NCBI GenBank assembly: GCA_964474655.1
Contig: CAYYTU010000004.1
Span: forward strand, 2,563 to 66,562
Direction of reading: 5' to 3'
Length of the DNA stretch: 64,000 bases
DNA from: an uncultured Anaerolineales bacterium
GTDB taxonomy: Bacteria; Chloroflexota; Anaerolineae; B4-G1
Position 1 is the stretch's first letter. The number at the start of each line of letters is the position of its first letter. The notes below the pieces were generated by a model, which was not told the DNA's origin, did no database searches, and saw only the letters and a program-made list of their open reading frames with translations. A program made the position numbers and the translations under genes. Positions 29,021-39,982 of the stretch are shown here, piece after piece.

Positions 29021-29061
29021 CAAAATAGTGGGGTAATGTGATAGCAACGCCGTGGACCCAC

Positions 29062-29892
29062 TTAGAGCAGGTCGTAATTCCGTATCAGGATCTGCTCGAA
29101 GAGCCGGTCGGGCACGATATCCTTGAGCGCGGCGGCCAACTTCTGATCGAAGGAACCGACGCGATAGCGGATCTTGGGCGAGGGATGCTCGATGATGCGC
29201 TCCAGTAGCCGGGCTACGCGCTCTGGCGGGACGCCGTTGCGTTCGTCCTCTTCGATGATGGTCATCATTCGCTCGCAGCTCTCCTCGTAAACGGAGCCTC
29301 GGGCGCCGGCAACCCGGTGGCGGTTGTCGACGAAGGGGGTGCTGATATCGCCCGGTTCGAGCAGCACCACGTCGATGCCGAACGGACGAACCTCCATCCG
29401 CATCGCATCGGTCATCCCCTCCACGGCGAACTTAGTGGCGCTATAGAATGCCTGGAAGGGCAGGGCAATCAACCCGCCGATCGAGCTGACATTCACGATG
29501 AGCCCGCTCCTCCGGGCTCGCATCGCCGGCAGCACGGCCCTACAGACCCGTAGCACGCCGAAGAAATTCGTCTCGAACAAGGCCTTGGCCTCCTCCACGG
29601 TCGTATCCTCCACCGCCCCGGCGATCCCATATCCGGCGTTGTTCACCACCACGTCCAGAACTCCCGCTTCTTGCAGGATGAAGTCCACGCCACGCCGGAC
29701 TGATTCATCGTGATTGACGTCCATCTGGAGCATCGCGACGGAGCCGGGTGTGGATATCTCTGGCGGGAAGGGTGCGCGTCGGCTTGTCCCGAATACCTGA
29801 TAGCCTTGCCGGGCCAGATGCTGGGCGCACGCTTTGCCAATCCCGGAGGACGCGCCGGTGATCAGGATCACTTGGTCACAGGAGTCACTCAT
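29062..29892 (-). CDS. Short-chain dehydrogenase/reductase (SDR) family oxidoreductase
   Basis: TGASSGIG cofactor motif, NNAG, and YSATKFAVEG (YxxxK). Confidence 0.9.
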   Translation of the reverse strand: MSDSCDQVILITGASSGIGKACAQHLARQGYQVFGTSRRAPFPPEISTPGSVAMLQMDVNHDESVRRGVDFILQEAGVLDVVVNNAGYGIAGAVEDTTVEEAKALFETNFFGVLRVCRAVLPAMRARRSGLIVNVSSIGGLIALPFQAFYSATKFAVEGMTDAMRMEVRPFGIDVVLLEPGDISTPFVDNRHRVAGARGSVYEESCERMMTIIEEDERNGVPPERVARLLERIIEHPSPKIRYRVGSFDQKLAAALKDIVPDRLFEQILIRNYDLL

Positions 29893-29929
29893 CGGTTTGC
29901 CTCCGATCTAGGTTCTCTTAACAAGCGAC

Positions 29930-29967
29930 GGGCCGTGCATCCCGAGCTGCGTTGGGATGCACGGCCC
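29930..29967 (-). terminator. Perfect 14-bp hairpin downstream of the csp gene (putative terminator)
   Basis: GGGCCGTGCATCCC-gagctgcgtt-GGGATGCACGGCCC. Only a weak U-tract follows on the minus strand. Confidence 0.4.
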
Positions 29968-30040
29968 GATTGTCGCTCACGACTTACTTACGCCACGTCA
30001 ATCATGGCGCTATGCAGCGAAACGGTCTACTGCCCCTTCG

Positions 30041-30268
30041 CTAGAAGTCGAAGCTCTGTCCCAATGCGACGACGTTGGTCGCTCGCAAGCCCTTGGGGCC
30101 CTCCTCCACGTTGAACTCGACGCGCTGACCTTCGTTCAACGTCCGGAAGCCCGAACCTTCGATCGCGGAGTAATGGACGAAGACATCGTCCCCCCCTTCG
30201 CGCGAGATAAAGCCATAGCCTTTATCATTGCTGAACCACTTGACGGTTCCCGTTTCTTTTTCTGCCAT
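30041..30268 (-). CDS. Cold-shock protein (CspA family)
   Basis: [36 protein letters not shown], with RNP1/RNP2 motifs. Start taken at ATG 30268. Confidence 0.9.
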   Translation of the reverse strand: MAEKETGTVKWFSNDKGYGFISREGGDDVFVHYSAIEGSGFRTLNEGQRVEFNVEEGPKGLRATNVVALGQSFDF

Positions 30269-30493
30269 CAGAAACATACTCCTTTAACTAAAATGGTTTT
30301 ATGGGCTGGAGCGGCTAAGAGGGCAGCTACAAAACTACCCAGGTGATGCCAAGCCCAGGTAGCTTCACCACCACAACACTTACCGCTTCCTGCAATAAAA
30401 CTTTACCATGTGACGCTTCAGATGTCAAGCTAATTTCTTGAGGCGAGAGAGGAAACGATTGGCAGTGCGCGGTTCGTCAGGTATAATCTGCTT

Positions 30494-31469
30494 GATGGGT
30501 ATCTCGGTCGTCGCCACGGTGTTGAACGAAGCGCGAAGCTTACCCCGCTTGCTGGACAGCTTATCCGCCCAGATCCGCCAGCCGGACGAGGTGGTCATCT
30601 GTGACGGCGGCTCTACTGACGGCACGCTAGCGTTGCTGGAGGCCGAGGATCGCTTCCCGTTGCGTCTCATCAGCCGACCCGGGGCCAACATCTCACAGGG
30701 TCGCAACGCAGCCATCGCGGCTGCCAAAGGCGAGCTGATCGCAGTGACTGACGCCGGTGTGCGCCTAAGCTCCAACTGGCTGGACGCTCTCGTGACTCCG
30801 CTGGAAAATGACCAGGCGCAAGTGGTGGCCGGCTTCTTCCGGCCCGATCCGCATACCGTCTTTGAGGTCGCCATGGGGGCCACCGTGCTCCCCGAGATGC
30901 GCGATATTCGCCCGGAGCACTTCCTGCCCTCTAGTCGCTCCGTCGCTTTCCGGAAGGCCGCCTGGGTGGCCGTCGGCGGCTATCCTGAGTGGCTCGATTA
31001 TTGCGAGGATCTGATCTTCGATTTCCGCCTGCGCGATTGTTGCGGCCCCTTCGCCTTCGCGCCGGAAGCGTTGGCCTATTTCCGCCCCCGGCCCAGCCTG
31101 CGGGCATTCTTCGTCCAGTATTATCGCTACGCCCGCGGTGACGGCAAGGCCGATCTATGGCGCAAGCGTCATGCCATCCGCTACCTGACGTACCTGATCG
31201 CCACCCCGCTGATCGCCCTCGCCGGCCTGTTGAGGCACCCCGGGTGGTGGGCGCTCTATCTGATCGCCATTCCCGGTATGCTCTGGGTGCCCTGGCGGCG
31301 TCTGACGGGTCTCTGGGATGCTCTTCCTTCTGCGCAAAAGCTAAAGGCGGCGCTGTGGGTACCCGTGATCCGGGTCACGGGCGATGTAGCCAAGATGATC
31401 GGCTATCCGGCTGGTCTATGGTGGCGCTGGCGCCATCGGGACCAGGTGCCAGATTGGCGCGAGCTCTGA
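30494..31469 (+). CDS. Glycosyltransferase family 2 with C-terminal TM helices
   Basis: ISVVATVLNEARSLPRLLDSL...VVICDGGSTDGT (GT2 DxD-type). Start taken at MGISVV. Confidence 0.85.
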
Positions 31470-31471
31470 CG

Positions 31472-31984
31472 GTGAGCTGCTCGCTGAGCGAGCCAGAGGG
31501 GCCTATTTTGGTCAGCGCCTGCTTGTTGGGCATTCCGACGGCCTACAATGGCAGCGCTAACCTTTGCCAGCGCCTGCTGGATCCAGCAGCCCAAGGGCGT
31601 ATCCTACCGATCTGCCCCGAGGTAGCCGGTGGATTGTCGACGCCTCGTCCACCGGCCGAAATCGTCGGCGGTGACGGCGGTGACGTCCTGGATGGACGCG
31701 CCCGCGTGGTGACGATCGACGGAGTAGATATGACCGCAGCCTACGTGGAGGGAGCCCACATAGCGCTCGCAACGACGCAGAGGTACAGCATACAGATGGC
31801 CATTCTCAAGCAGCGTAGCCCCTCGTGCGGCAGCTCGCACATCTACGACGGCACCCACAGCGATCGTCTGGTGCCTGGTCAGGGCGTCGCGGCTGCGCTC
31901 TTGCGACGATACGGTGTGACCGTGAAGGGTGGGGATGGCGTGAGGTATCACCCCCGCTCCGGTTCCAGCGGCAATGAGATGTAG
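31472..31984 (+). CDS. DUF523 (TudS/YbbK-like) family protein
   Basis: ILVSACLLGIPTAYNG...ICPEVAGGLSTPRPPAEI...SPSCGSSHIYDG. GTG start 2 nt after the GT2 stop. The track ORF beginning at 31157 overlaps GT2 out of frame and is rejected. Confidence 0.75.
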   Translation: MSCSLSEPEGPILVSACLLGIPTAYNGSANLCQRLLDPAAQGRILPICPEVAGGLSTPRPPAEIVGGDGGDVLDGRARVVTIDGVDMTAAYVEGAHIALATTQRYSIQMAILKQRSPSCGSSHIYDGTHSDRLVPGQGVAAALLRRYGVTVKGGDGVRYHPRSGSSGNEM

Positions 31985-31994
31985 AAAGTCGTCC

Positions 31995-32300
31995 TTCGCT
32001 CACTTTACTTTCCCCCCAGATTCCCCTCCTGGTGGTCTTCAACGATCTTCTTGACGATCACCAGGCCTAGCCCCGTGCTCTCTTCGCCGCCGGTGCTTTT
32101 CACGCTGGTCGTCTCGAAAGGATGAAAGAGAGCTTGGTCTCATCTTCGGGAATGCCCAGCCCAGTATCCGCCACCACCAGAAGCACCCGCCCATCGCGCT
32201 GCGTGGCCTTGACGGTGACCGTGCTCCTGGAGTGTGGGATATTAACTCCAGCGTCAAGGTCTCGCCTACCCCCGTGGGGCACTTCAATCTCCCGACCACA
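31995..32300 (-). pseudogene. Remnant of a histidine-kinase C-terminus (HATPase_c), frameshifted and lacking the rest of the kinase
   Basis: Minus-strand translation gives ...VTVKATQRDGRVLLVVADTGLGIPEDE, then a frame change, then FETTSVKSTGGEESTGLGLVIVKKIVEDHQEGNLGGK*. No DHp or sensor domain lies upstream. Confidence 0.5.
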
Positions 32301-32504
32301 CGAAAACCCAAAGAGCCGTCGAAGCCCAAACGTGCTCTAATGTCGTACTAATGCCACTCTTATGTTTTTCTGATATACGCACTGTATACTGTGTCCAGTT
32401 GAGTGAGGCATGAGACACGACGATATCTACGTCTGTCGCGTTAGTTGACAGTAGAGCAGATTGCAATTGAAATTGTAGTTAGAGAAACGGATAGGAGGAA
32501 TCAG

Positions 32505-34460
<1,956 letters not shown>

Positions 34461-34525
34461 GCCCACTCTTAGATATAAGCCTTCCGAAGGCGTAACGCCT
34501 TCGGGAGGCTTCTCACCCAAGAGCC

Positions 34526-35170
34526 ATGATGAACAAACGAGTGAAAATACCGATTAAAGTGCGCGGAAAGGCAGCTGTTTCTGATCCGGAAGGAATGGAA
34601 GAAGAGATAATCGCTGAAGCTGAACCGCCGGTCGTAGAATGCGAGCCCGTAGAGATGGATGGAGCCTCACCATCAACGCCACAGCCGTCTTCCCCCGAAA
34701 TGAACAAGGGGGAAGAGGAAAACGGTGAGAAGGGAGAGCAGGAGAAACATCTACAAGAGTGGCGAGATCGGGCGATGCGGCTCCAGGCCGAACAAGAGAA
34801 CTTCCGCAAACGCCAGCGTCGTCTGGCCGAGGAGCGCGTGGAGGCCGATCGCGGGCGCCTGCTGCGTGATTTCTTGCAAGTGATGGATAACCTGGAGCGA
34901 GCGCTGAACGCTGAAAACTCCGACTTCGATAATCTACGTGAAGGCGTCGAGGTGACACAGCGGTCGTTGCATCAGCTGCTCAAGCATGAAGGCGTCAAAC
35001 CGATCAAGGCCAAAGGGCAAAAATTCGATCCCTTCTGGCACGAAGCAGTGAGCACCGTCTCGCACGAGGCCGTCGATACCGAGCCTAACACCATCATTGA
35101 GGTAGTGCAGCCGGGCTATCGTATGGACGGCAAGCTGCTGCGCCCGGCCCGGGTCGTCGTCGCTGCTTGA
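34526..35170 (+). CDS. grpE: Nucleotide exchange factor GrpE
   Basis: RLQAEQENFRKRQRRLAEERVEADRGRLLRDFLQVMDNLERAL and the GrpE C-terminal beta-domain. Confidence 0.9.
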   Translation: MMNKRVKIPIKVRGKAAVSDPEGMEEEIIAEAEPPVVECEPVEMDGASPSTPQPSSPEMNKGEEENGEKGEQEKHLQEWRDRAMRLQAEQENFRKRQRRLAEERVEADRGRLLRDFLQVMDNLERALNAENSDFDNLREGVEVTQRSLHQLLKHEGVKPIKAKGQKFDPFWHEAVSTVSHEAVDTEPNTIIEVVQPGYRMDGKLLRPARVVVAA

Positions 35171-35232
35171 GCGGTCGAGATTCGGTAGGATGTCAGCGCC
35201 TTTCGGCGATCAAGTAATGCGAAGGACAAAGT

Positions 35233-36231
35233 ATGGAGTATAAGGACTATTACGACGTCTTGGGAGTGAGCAAGGACGCCAGCCAGGATGAAATTCGGCG
35301 CGCCTTTCGCAGGTTGGCACGCAAACACCATCCGGACGTCAATCCGGGCGATGGCGAGGCCGAAGAGCGCTTCAAGGAGATTAACGAAGCCTACGAGGTG
35401 CTCTCCGATCCTCAGAAGCGCAGCAAATACGACCGGCTTGGGTCCGACTGGCGCCGCTATCAGCAGGCCGGTGGCCGTCCGGGCGGGTTCAATTGGGGCC
35501 AATGGACGACTGCCTCACCCGGCAGCGGGCCTCAACGCGTCCACGTCCGTCACGGTACGCCGGAGGATCTGGAGGATCTATTCGGCGGCGGGAGCCCCTT
35601 CTCGGACTTCTTCAGCCAGATTTTCGGTGGCATGGGCGTCGATGCTGCAGCCAGAGGCGGCGCGCGGAGCGGCGCACAAGGCGCCGCCGGACCGAGTGGG
35701 TTCCAGTACCAGACACGCCCACGACGGGGCCGAGACTACGAGCAGGAGGTCGAGATCAGCCTGCGAGAGGCCTATCAAGGCACCACGCGCATGATCCAGA
35801 GAAACGGCCGTCGGCTGGAAGTAGAGATTCCCCCAGGCGCGCGTACGGGCACTCGCGTGCGCATCAGCGGCGAGGGGGGGAACGGCGCAGCCGGTGGCGA
35901 ACCGGGCGACCTGTATCTACGTGTCAAAGTGCGCCCTGACGATCGCTTCGAGCGGGAGGGCGATGATCTGCGCGTGACGGTGCCGGTGGACCTGTACACA
36001 GCTGTGCTGGGCGGAGAAGTACACGTGCCTACGATCAACGGTTCCGTTATGCTGAACATTCCCCCCGGCACACAAAACGGACAGGTCTTCCGTCTGCGCG
36101 GTAAGGGGATGCCCTGTCTGCGCCATCCGGACCAGCACGGCGATCTGTACGCCGAGATCGACGTAACCCTTCCCACGGACCTCACCCCTCGCCAGCGGGA
36201 GCTGTTCGAGGATCTACGGAGCATCGCATAG
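35233..36231 (+). CDS. dnaJ: J-domain co-chaperone (DnaJ/CbpA type II: J-domain + G/F region + C-terminal domains, no Cys-rich zinc finger)
   Basis: KDYYDVLGVSKDASQDEIRRAFRRLARKHHPDVN (HPD). Gly-rich region. No CxxCxGxG repeats. Confidence 0.9.
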   Translation: MEYKDYYDVLGVSKDASQDEIRRAFRRLARKHHPDVNPGDGEAEERFKEINEAYEVLSDPQKRSKYDRLGSDWRRYQQAGGRPGGFNWGQWTTASPGSGPQRVHVRHGTPEDLEDLFGGGSPFSDFFSQIFGGMGVDAAARGGARSGAQGAAGPSGFQYQTRPRRGRDYEQEVEISLREAYQGTTRMIQRNGRRLEVEIPPGARTGTRVRISGEGGNGAAGGEPGDLYLRVKVRPDDRFEREGDDLRVTVPVDLYTAVLGGEVHVPTINGSVMLNIPPGTQNGQVFRLRGKGMPCLRHPDQHGDLYAEIDVTLPTDLTPRQRELFEDLRSIA

Positions 36232-36257
36232 GAAAGCGTAGGGAGGAGCGACTGCGC

Positions 36258-36521
36258 ATGGATGAGCGGAAAGAGCTACGTTCGAGGCAAATCAAGCAAG
36301 TTGCCCGGCGGGCTGGCGTGGAAGCGAAGGTTGTGCGCTACTGCGTCGAGGTGGGGTTGGTGGAAGAGACGTTAAACGAGGATGATCTGTGCGAACTGCG
36401 TCGCATCCGCCGCCTGAAAACGCTAGGCGTCAATATGGCCGGGGCGGAGATCATCCTGCGGATGCGCCGCAAGATCGTAGCCCTGCAAACCGAACTGGCG
36501 CGCTTGCGCGCTTCACGTTAG
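36258..36521 (+). CDS. Small MerR-family regulator (HspR/CbpM-like) at the end of the dnaK operon
   Basis: 87 aa. MerR-type HTH remnant ...KTLGVNMAGAEIILRMRRKIVALQ. Position is analogous to hspR or cbpM. Confidence 0.65.
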   Translation: MDERKELRSRQIKQVARRAGVEAKVVRYCVEVGLVEETLNEDDLCELRRIRRLKTLGVNMAGAEIILRMRRKIVALQTELARLRASR

Positions 36522-36571
36522 CCGGCTGCACGCAGGATGAACAACGACGTCGGCTGAGACCAGGAGAGAAG

Positions 36572-37780
36572 ATGGATATGAGGCGAGAAGAAGACAGATC
36601 GAGCAGAAGACGATTGATCGGCGTGATCACGGCAGTCCTGGTGTTGGTGACGATGTTGAGCTGCCAGCTCTCGTCCGATCTGTTGCACGCCACACCGACG
36701 CCCTCTCCGCCGCCGACGCCGACGGCTGGCTCGCCTCGGACGGGCCCCACGCCAGTGCCGGCCGAGCCGGCCAATGTCCTGGAGGCCCAGGTCGAGGCCG
36801 TCTACGATGAGGTCAGTTCAGCCGTGGTCAACATTACCAGCGTCACATATGCCTACGACTTTTTCTTCAACCCGGTGCCGCAGGAGGGAGCTGGCTCCGG
36901 CTTCGTCTACGACCAGGACGGTCACATCATCACCAACTATCACGTGGTGGAAGACGCCGAAGAATTGTCGGTTACGCTGGCCGACGGCGAAAGTTACCCG
37001 GCCGAAATCGTCGGCCAGGACCCGGCCAATGACCTGGCGGTCATCAAGATTGATGCCGAGACGATACCCCCGCCGATCCCGGTGGGCGATTCGGACGGCT
37101 TGCGCGTGGGGCAGTTCGTGGTCGCCATCGGCAACCCCTTTGGGCTGGAACGGACTCTGACGGTTGGCGTGGTCAGCTCGCTGGGACGGGTGATCGAAGG
37201 GCCTGATGGGCGATTCATCGGCGAGGTGATCCAGACCGATGCGGCTATCAACCCCGGCAACTCCGGCGGGCCCCTGCTGGATCTATCGGGGAACGTCATC
37301 GGGGTTAACTCCAAGATCGTCAGCCCCAGCCAAGCCAACGCGGGCATTGGCTTCGCAGTGCCGTCTAACACCATACGGCGCGTGGTGCCCCAGCTGATTG
37401 AGCAGGGGTATTATCCTCATCCCTGGCTTGGTATCCAGTCTCTCTCATTATCGGCTGAGCGAGTGGAGGCATTCCGGGAGGCCGGGATGGAGGTGCCGGT
37501 GGAGCGCGGCGTGCTGGTCGTAGAAGTGATGAGTGAAGGCCCTGCCGCCGAGGCCGGATTGCGGGGCGGCGATAAAATAGTACGGTTTGGCAACTATCGC
37601 GTCCCTGTGGGGGGCGATATCATCACCGCCCTCGACGGCGAACCGGTGGCGGATTTTCAAGACCTCACCGTCTACCTGGAGACCCAGAAGCGCGTGGGGG
37701 ATACCATTGAGGTGACCATCATCCGGGACGGTGAGGAGCAGGTGGTGACGGCGACGCTGGAGGAGCGCCCGGAAAGGTGA
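36572..37780 (+). CDS. htrA: HtrA/DegP-family serine protease (trypsin-like domain + PDZ) with N-terminal membrane anchor
   Basis: TNYHVV (His), D, and GNSGGPLLDLSGNVIGVNS (Ser) catalytic triad context. C-terminal PDZ. Start at MDMRREEDR with RBS CAGGAGAGAA. The track's 36389 start overlaps the MerR gene. Confidence 0.9.
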   Translation: MDMRREEDRSSRRRLIGVITAVLVLVTMLSCQLSSDLLHATPTPSPPPTPTAGSPRTGPTPVPAEPANVLEAQVEAVYDEVSSAVVNITSVTYAYDFFFNPVPQEGAGSGFVYDQDGHIITNYHVVEDAEELSVTLADGESYPAEIVGQDPANDLAVIKIDAETIPPPIPVGDSDGLRVGQFVVAIGNPFGLERTLTVGVVSSLGRVIEGPDGRFIGEVIQTDAAINPGNSGGPLLDLSGNVIGVNSKIVSPSQANAGIGFAVPSNTIRRVVPQLIEQGYYPHPWLGIQSLSLSAERVEAFREAGMEVPVERGVLVVEVMSEGPAAEAGLRGGDKIVRFGNYRVPVGGDIITALDGEPVADFQDLTVYLETQKRVGDTIEVTIIRDGEEQVVTATLEERPER

Positions 37781-37862
37781 CCGTCGCACGTCTTGGCGGG
37801 GGGAGGGCAAAGTGCATCCGACGTCTGAAGACCGGTCGGTAGAAGTCTGGCTGGCTTTTTTC

Positions 37863-37933
37863 TTGACGTCGCCATCCCTTTCGCTATAATATCCTCCGGT
37901 ATGCAAGCGGCCCCATAGGGGGCCGCCTTTGTT
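37863..37933 (+). promoter_or_regulatory. Sigma-70-like promoter (TTGACG-16-TATAAT) followed within 20 nt by a strong GC hairpin and U-rich tail, upstream of prfA
   Basis: -35 at 37863-68, -10 at 37885-90. Hairpin GCGGCCCC-ata-GGGGCCGC at 37907-37925, followed by CTTTGTTT. Confidence 0.45.
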
Positions 37934-37946
37934 TAGGATAGGAGCT

Positions 37947-39023
37947 ATGCTGGAAAAGCTAGAACAAGTCGAAGAGCGATACGAAGAGCTGACCCGTCTG
38001 ATGGCCGATCCTGAGATCGCGCAGGACTATGAGCGCGTGGCAGAGTATGCCAAAGAACGATCTGACCTGGAGGATATCGTCTCAACGTACCGGACATATA
38101 AGGACGTATCCCAGGAGTTAGAAGACACGGAAGCGCTACTCAATGAGGACGTCGAGCCTGATTTCCGCGAGCTGGTCGAAATGGAGGTCGTCCAGCTGGA
38201 AGAGCAGCAAGAGAGCCTGGAGGAGAAACTGAAGCACCTGTTGTTGCCGAAGGACCCCCGCGATTCCAAGGACGTGATTATTGAGATCCGAGCTGGGGCC
38301 GGCGGCGACGAGGCGGGGCTCTTTGCGGCCGATCTCTACCGTATGTACACGCACTATGCGGAGGAGCAGGGCTGGAAGACGGAGCTGCTGAGCGAGCATC
38401 CCACGGGCATCGGGGGCTACAAGGAGGTAATCTTCGGCGTGAAAGGACGCGGAGCCTTCTCTCATCTTAAGTTCGAAAGTGGCGTTCATCGCGTCCAGCG
38501 CGTGCCGGTGACCGAATCGTCTGGACGTATCCATACCTCCACCGCGACTGTGGCTGTTCTCCCAGAGATGGACGCGGTAGAAGTAGATATCAACCCCAGC
38601 GATCTGGAATTCGAGGCCTACGGGGCCTCCGGGCCCGGCGGTCAGCACATGCAGAAGAACGCCACTGCCATTCGCCTCACCCACCACCCCACGGGCATCG
38701 TCGTGGCGTGCGAATCGGAGCGCTCGCAATCCCAGAACAAGGAACGGGCCCTCTCCATCCTCCGGGCGCGACTGTATGAACAGGAACGTAGGAAACGGGA
38801 GCGAGAGCGAGCTGAAGCCCGTAGATCTCAGGTCGGCAGCGGCGACCGCAGTGAGAAGATTCGCACCTATAACTTCCCTCAGAATCGAGTGACCGACCAC
38901 CGCACCGGCACCAGCGTCCACCAGCTGTCAGAAGTCCTGGACGGCGACCTGGAAGAATTTATTGAGGACTTGCAAGCACAAGAACAAGCAGAGCAGCTGG
39001 AGGCCCTGAGTGAAGCCGACTGA
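37947..39023 (+). CDS. prfA: Peptide chain release factor 1
   Basis: GGQ motif (SGPGGQHMQKN), PVT tripeptide (the RF1-type P[AV]T), and N-terminal coiled coil. RBS AGGATAGGAG. Start at MLEKLEQ. Confidence 0.95.
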   Translation: MLEKLEQVEERYEELTRLMADPEIAQDYERVAEYAKERSDLEDIVSTYRTYKDVSQELEDTEALLNEDVEPDFRELVEMEVVQLEEQQESLEEKLKHLLLPKDPRDSKDVIIEIRAGAGGDEAGLFAADLYRMYTHYAEEQGWKTELLSEHPTGIGGYKEVIFGVKGRGAFSHLKFESGVHRVQRVPVTESSGRIHTSTATVAVLPEMDAVEVDINPSDLEFEAYGASGPGGQHMQKNATAIRLTHHPTGIVVACESERSQSQNKERALSILRARLYEQERRKRERERAEARRSQVGSGDRSEKIRTYNFPQNRVTDHRTGTSVHQLSEVLDGDLEEFIEDLQAQEQAEQLEALSEAD

Positions 39024-39049
39024 TACCCGCGCTATCTCCAACTGGCCCA

Positions 39050-39982
39050 ATGATTTGGTCTGAACATTCCCAAGAACGAACGACGTTGCTCAAAGTGGAT
39101 AACGACGAGGATCGCCCTCCACAAACCTCAGTGCTTGATCACAGGCCGACCAAAAGCACGGTCAGGCAGGCTTTGCGGCCGGCCGCTGCGCGTCTCCGTC
39201 CCATCACGAAAACACCTCGCCTTGAGGCCGAAGTGCTTCTGACACACGTTCTAGACACGGCCCGATCCACGCTTTTGGCCCACCCCGAACGGGATCTTTA
39301 TCCCGATCAGGTGGCACAGTATCGCGATCTCGTGGCCCGTCGAGCCTCAAACTACCCTTTGCCTTATCTGACCGGGACATGTGAATTCTACGGTATGGAC
39401 TTCGAGGTCACGCCGGAGGTGATGATCCCGCGTCCGGAGACGGAGACGTTGGTAGAGATGGCCCTGGAGCGCGAACCGGCATCCATCATCGACGTGGGCA
39501 CTGGCTCTGGTTGCATCGCCATCGCTCTGGCAGCCAATCTGCCCACTGCCAGCATCTACGCCATCGATATTTCCTCCGCAGCGCTTGCCGTCGCGCGCCG
39601 CAACGCGGAGCAGTATGGAGTCGAGGATCGCGTGCGGCTGATCGTGGGCGATGTGCTCACGCCGCGCCCCAGCTCGGTCGATCTGATCGTCTCGAATCCC
39701 CCTTATGTCTCTGCCAACGAGTGGTCGACGCTGCCGGATTCGGTGCTCCATCACGAACCACGCCTGGCGCTCGACGGCGGCCCTGATGGACTATCCATCA
39801 TCCGGCAGCTGTTGCTGGAAGCGCAGGGAACGTTGAAGTCCAACGGCAGCTTGTTGATCGAGATCGGCGCCCAGCAGGGTCAAGCAGCGAGGCAACTGGC
39901 TCACACCTACTTCCCCCAGGCCGAGATAGACATCCATCCCGACTTAGCCGGCCGCGATCGAGTGCTGGAGGTGGAGACGTGA
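39050..39982 (+). CDS. prmC: Release-factor glutamine N5-methyltransferase PrmC (HemK)
   Basis: IVSNPPYV (NPPY), SAM-binding IDVGTGSGCIAIALA. A GTG at 39131 is an alternative start. Confidence 0.85.
   Translation: MIWSEHSQERTTLLKVDNDEDRPPQTSVLDHRPTKSTVRQALRPAAARLRPITKTPRLEAEVLLTHVLDTARSTLLAHPERDLYPDQVAQYRDLVARRASNYPLPYLTGTCEFYGMDFEVTPEVMIPRPETETLVEMALEREPASIIDVGTGSGCIAIALAANLPTASIYAIDISSAALAVARRNAEQYGVEDRVRLIVGDVLTPRPSSVDLIVSNPPYVSANEWSTLPDSVLHHEPRLALDGGPDGLSIIRQLLLEAQGTLKSNGSLLIEIGAQQGQAARQLAHTYFPQAEIDIHPDLAGRDRVLEVET

Noticed and set aside
31157-31469. 5' extension of the DUF523 ORF overlapping the GT2 gene out of frame
   Set aside because: The DUF523 homology begins at about 31480. A GTG at 31472 directly follows the GT2 stop. 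The upstream part (MAQASCHPLPDVPDRHPADRPRRP...) is not protein-like.
32330-32504. Possible CIRCE or HAIR heat-shock operator upstream of dnaK
   Set aside because: TTGAGT occurs once (32397-32402) but with no inverted partner at the HAIR spacing. No CIRCE half-sites.
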